In this document: positions 37,569-38,519 of the stretch, in pieces
Position numbering within the stretch: position 1 is the stretch's first letter
How the letters are laid out: the number at the start of each line of letters is the position of its first letter
DNA from: an uncultured Arcobacteraceae bacterium
GTDB lineage: Bacteria; Campylobacterota; Campylobacteria; Campylobacterales; Arcobacteraceae
Length of the DNA: 38,519 nucleotides
Direction: 5' to 3'
NCBI GenBank assembly: GCA_964022095.1
Contig: CAXHZO010000022.1
Coordinates: 1 to 38,519, forward strand
Notes under the pieces: model-generated
What the model saw: the letters and a program-made list of their open reading frames with translations, nothing else
The model's database searches: none
Told to the model about the DNA's origin: nothing
Made by a program: the position numbers and the translations under genes

Positions 37569-38084
37569 CTATTTTTTGTTTTTTAACTTTTTTTTCCACT
37601 CTTTTTCGAATTTCTTTCTTTTTAAAAAAGATAGATTTTCGATAAATAGATGTCCTTCAAGATGTTCCATTTCATGCTGCCAAGCAACAGCTAAGAAGCC
37701 TTCACATTCCATTTTTTGTTTTTCACCATCTCTGTTAAAATACTCAACAATAATATGCTCAGCTCTTGTAACATCTTCAGAAAAACCTGGAACACTTAAA
37801 CAACCTTCTGTAAACACTTGTTCACCATCTTTATGGGTAATTACTGGATTGATAGCTTCTATTAAATCTTCTTTTTCTTGAATATCTTCATCATTTGGAA
37901 GATTAATAATTAAAACATTTAGAGGAATAGCAACTTGAATTGCTGCTAATCCAACACCTGCTTGATCCATCATTGTTTCATACATATCATCTAAAAGAGT
38001 ATGCAATTCTTCATTAAAAAACTCCACATCTTTAGATTTAGTTCTTAATAACTTATTTGGGTATGTAATAACTTCTCTAATCAT
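37569..38084 (-). CDS. def: Peptide deformylase
   Basis: GVGLAAIQV, EGCLSVP, QHEMEHL (HExxH). Confidence 0.97.
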   Translation of the reverse strand: MIREVITYPNKLLRTKSKDVEFFNEELHTLLDDMYETMMDQAGVGLAAIQVAIPLNVLIINLPNDEDIQEKEDLIEAINPVITHKDGEQVFTEGCLSVPGFSEDVTRAEHIIVEYFNRDGEKQKMECEGFLAVAWQHEMEHLEGHLFIENLSFLKRKKFEKEWKKKLKNKK

Positions 38085-38093
38085 AGTTTTCTA

Positions 38094-38519
38094 CTACTTA
38101 TGTCTTGTAATCACTTCGTCAATTAAACCATATTCACAAGCTTGATCTGAACTCATAAAGTTATCTCTATCAGTATCTTTTTCGATTACTTCAAGTTTTT
38201 GACCTGTTTGTTCTGCAATCATAGTATTTAAAGTATCTTTCATTCTTTGGATCTCTTTAGCTTGAATCTGAATATCAGTTGCTTGTCCTTGTGCTCCACC
38301 TAATGGCTGATGAATCATAATTCTAGAGTTTGGTAAAGAGTATCTCTTACCTTTAACTCCAGATGATAAAAGAAAAGCACCCATTGATGCTGCTTGTCCT
38401 ATACAAATAGTACAAACATCAGGTTTAATATAATTCATAGTATCATAAATCGACATACCACTAGTAATTACTCCACCTGGAGAGTTGATATATAAATAGA
38501 TATCTTTATCTGGATCTTC
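38094..38519 (-). CDS. clpP: ATP-dependent Clp protease proteolytic subunit (5' end outside the window)
   Basis: Frame is open to the window edge: [16 protein letters not shown]...[11 protein letters not shown]...IMIHQP...DRD. Confidence 0.97.
   Translation of the reverse strand, partial: EDPDKDIYLYINSPGGVITSGMSIYDTMNYIKPDVCTICIGQAASMGAFLLSSGVKGKRYSLPNSRIMIHQPLGGAQGQATDIQIQAKEIQRMKDTLNTMIAEQTGQKLEVIEKDTDRDNFMSSDQACEYGLIDEVITRHK

Noticed and set aside
2403..37881. Short ORF-track entries antisense to long genes (e.g. 2403-2624, 5696-5929, 16559-17014, 30459-30839, 34788-35132, 37576-37881)
   Set aside because: They are shadows of well-supported genes, with no recognisable motifs and biased composition.

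Overview
Very AT-rich bacterial chromosomal DNA. Gene content, 'AHQWRQPL' H-box kinases and TGnTATAAT promoters point to Campylobacterota, most likely Arcobacteraceae (inference). Most genes are on the minus strand. Core genes: yidD-rnpA-rpmH (all three missing from the ORF track), clpB, rnhB, bioA, purH, purL, mgtE, folE, era, comM, def and a partial clpP. Accessory content: two orphan sensor kinases, a five-gene phosphorelay operon (triple-SBP hybrid kinase, lone receiver, receiver fused to a dead kinase, free periplasmic binding protein, second kinase), a Sel1 lipoprotein, an atypical ADP-ribosylglycohydrolase, two divergent cell-shape peptidoglycan enzymes, and a four-gene GspE/GspF (T2SS/competence-like) cluster. 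I saw no RNA gene, CRISPR array, IS or prophage. The most notable signals are regulatory: (1) inverted repeats that contain a promoter and would hide the downstream RBS/ATG only in read-through transcripts (clpB to kinase, and purL); (2) both a CIRCE and a HAIR-like operator on clpB; (3) rnpA with no canonical start codon (ATT); (4) a C-terminal clamp-binding-like motif on RNase HII; (5) the phosphorelay operon with no output domain and degenerate catalytic modules.
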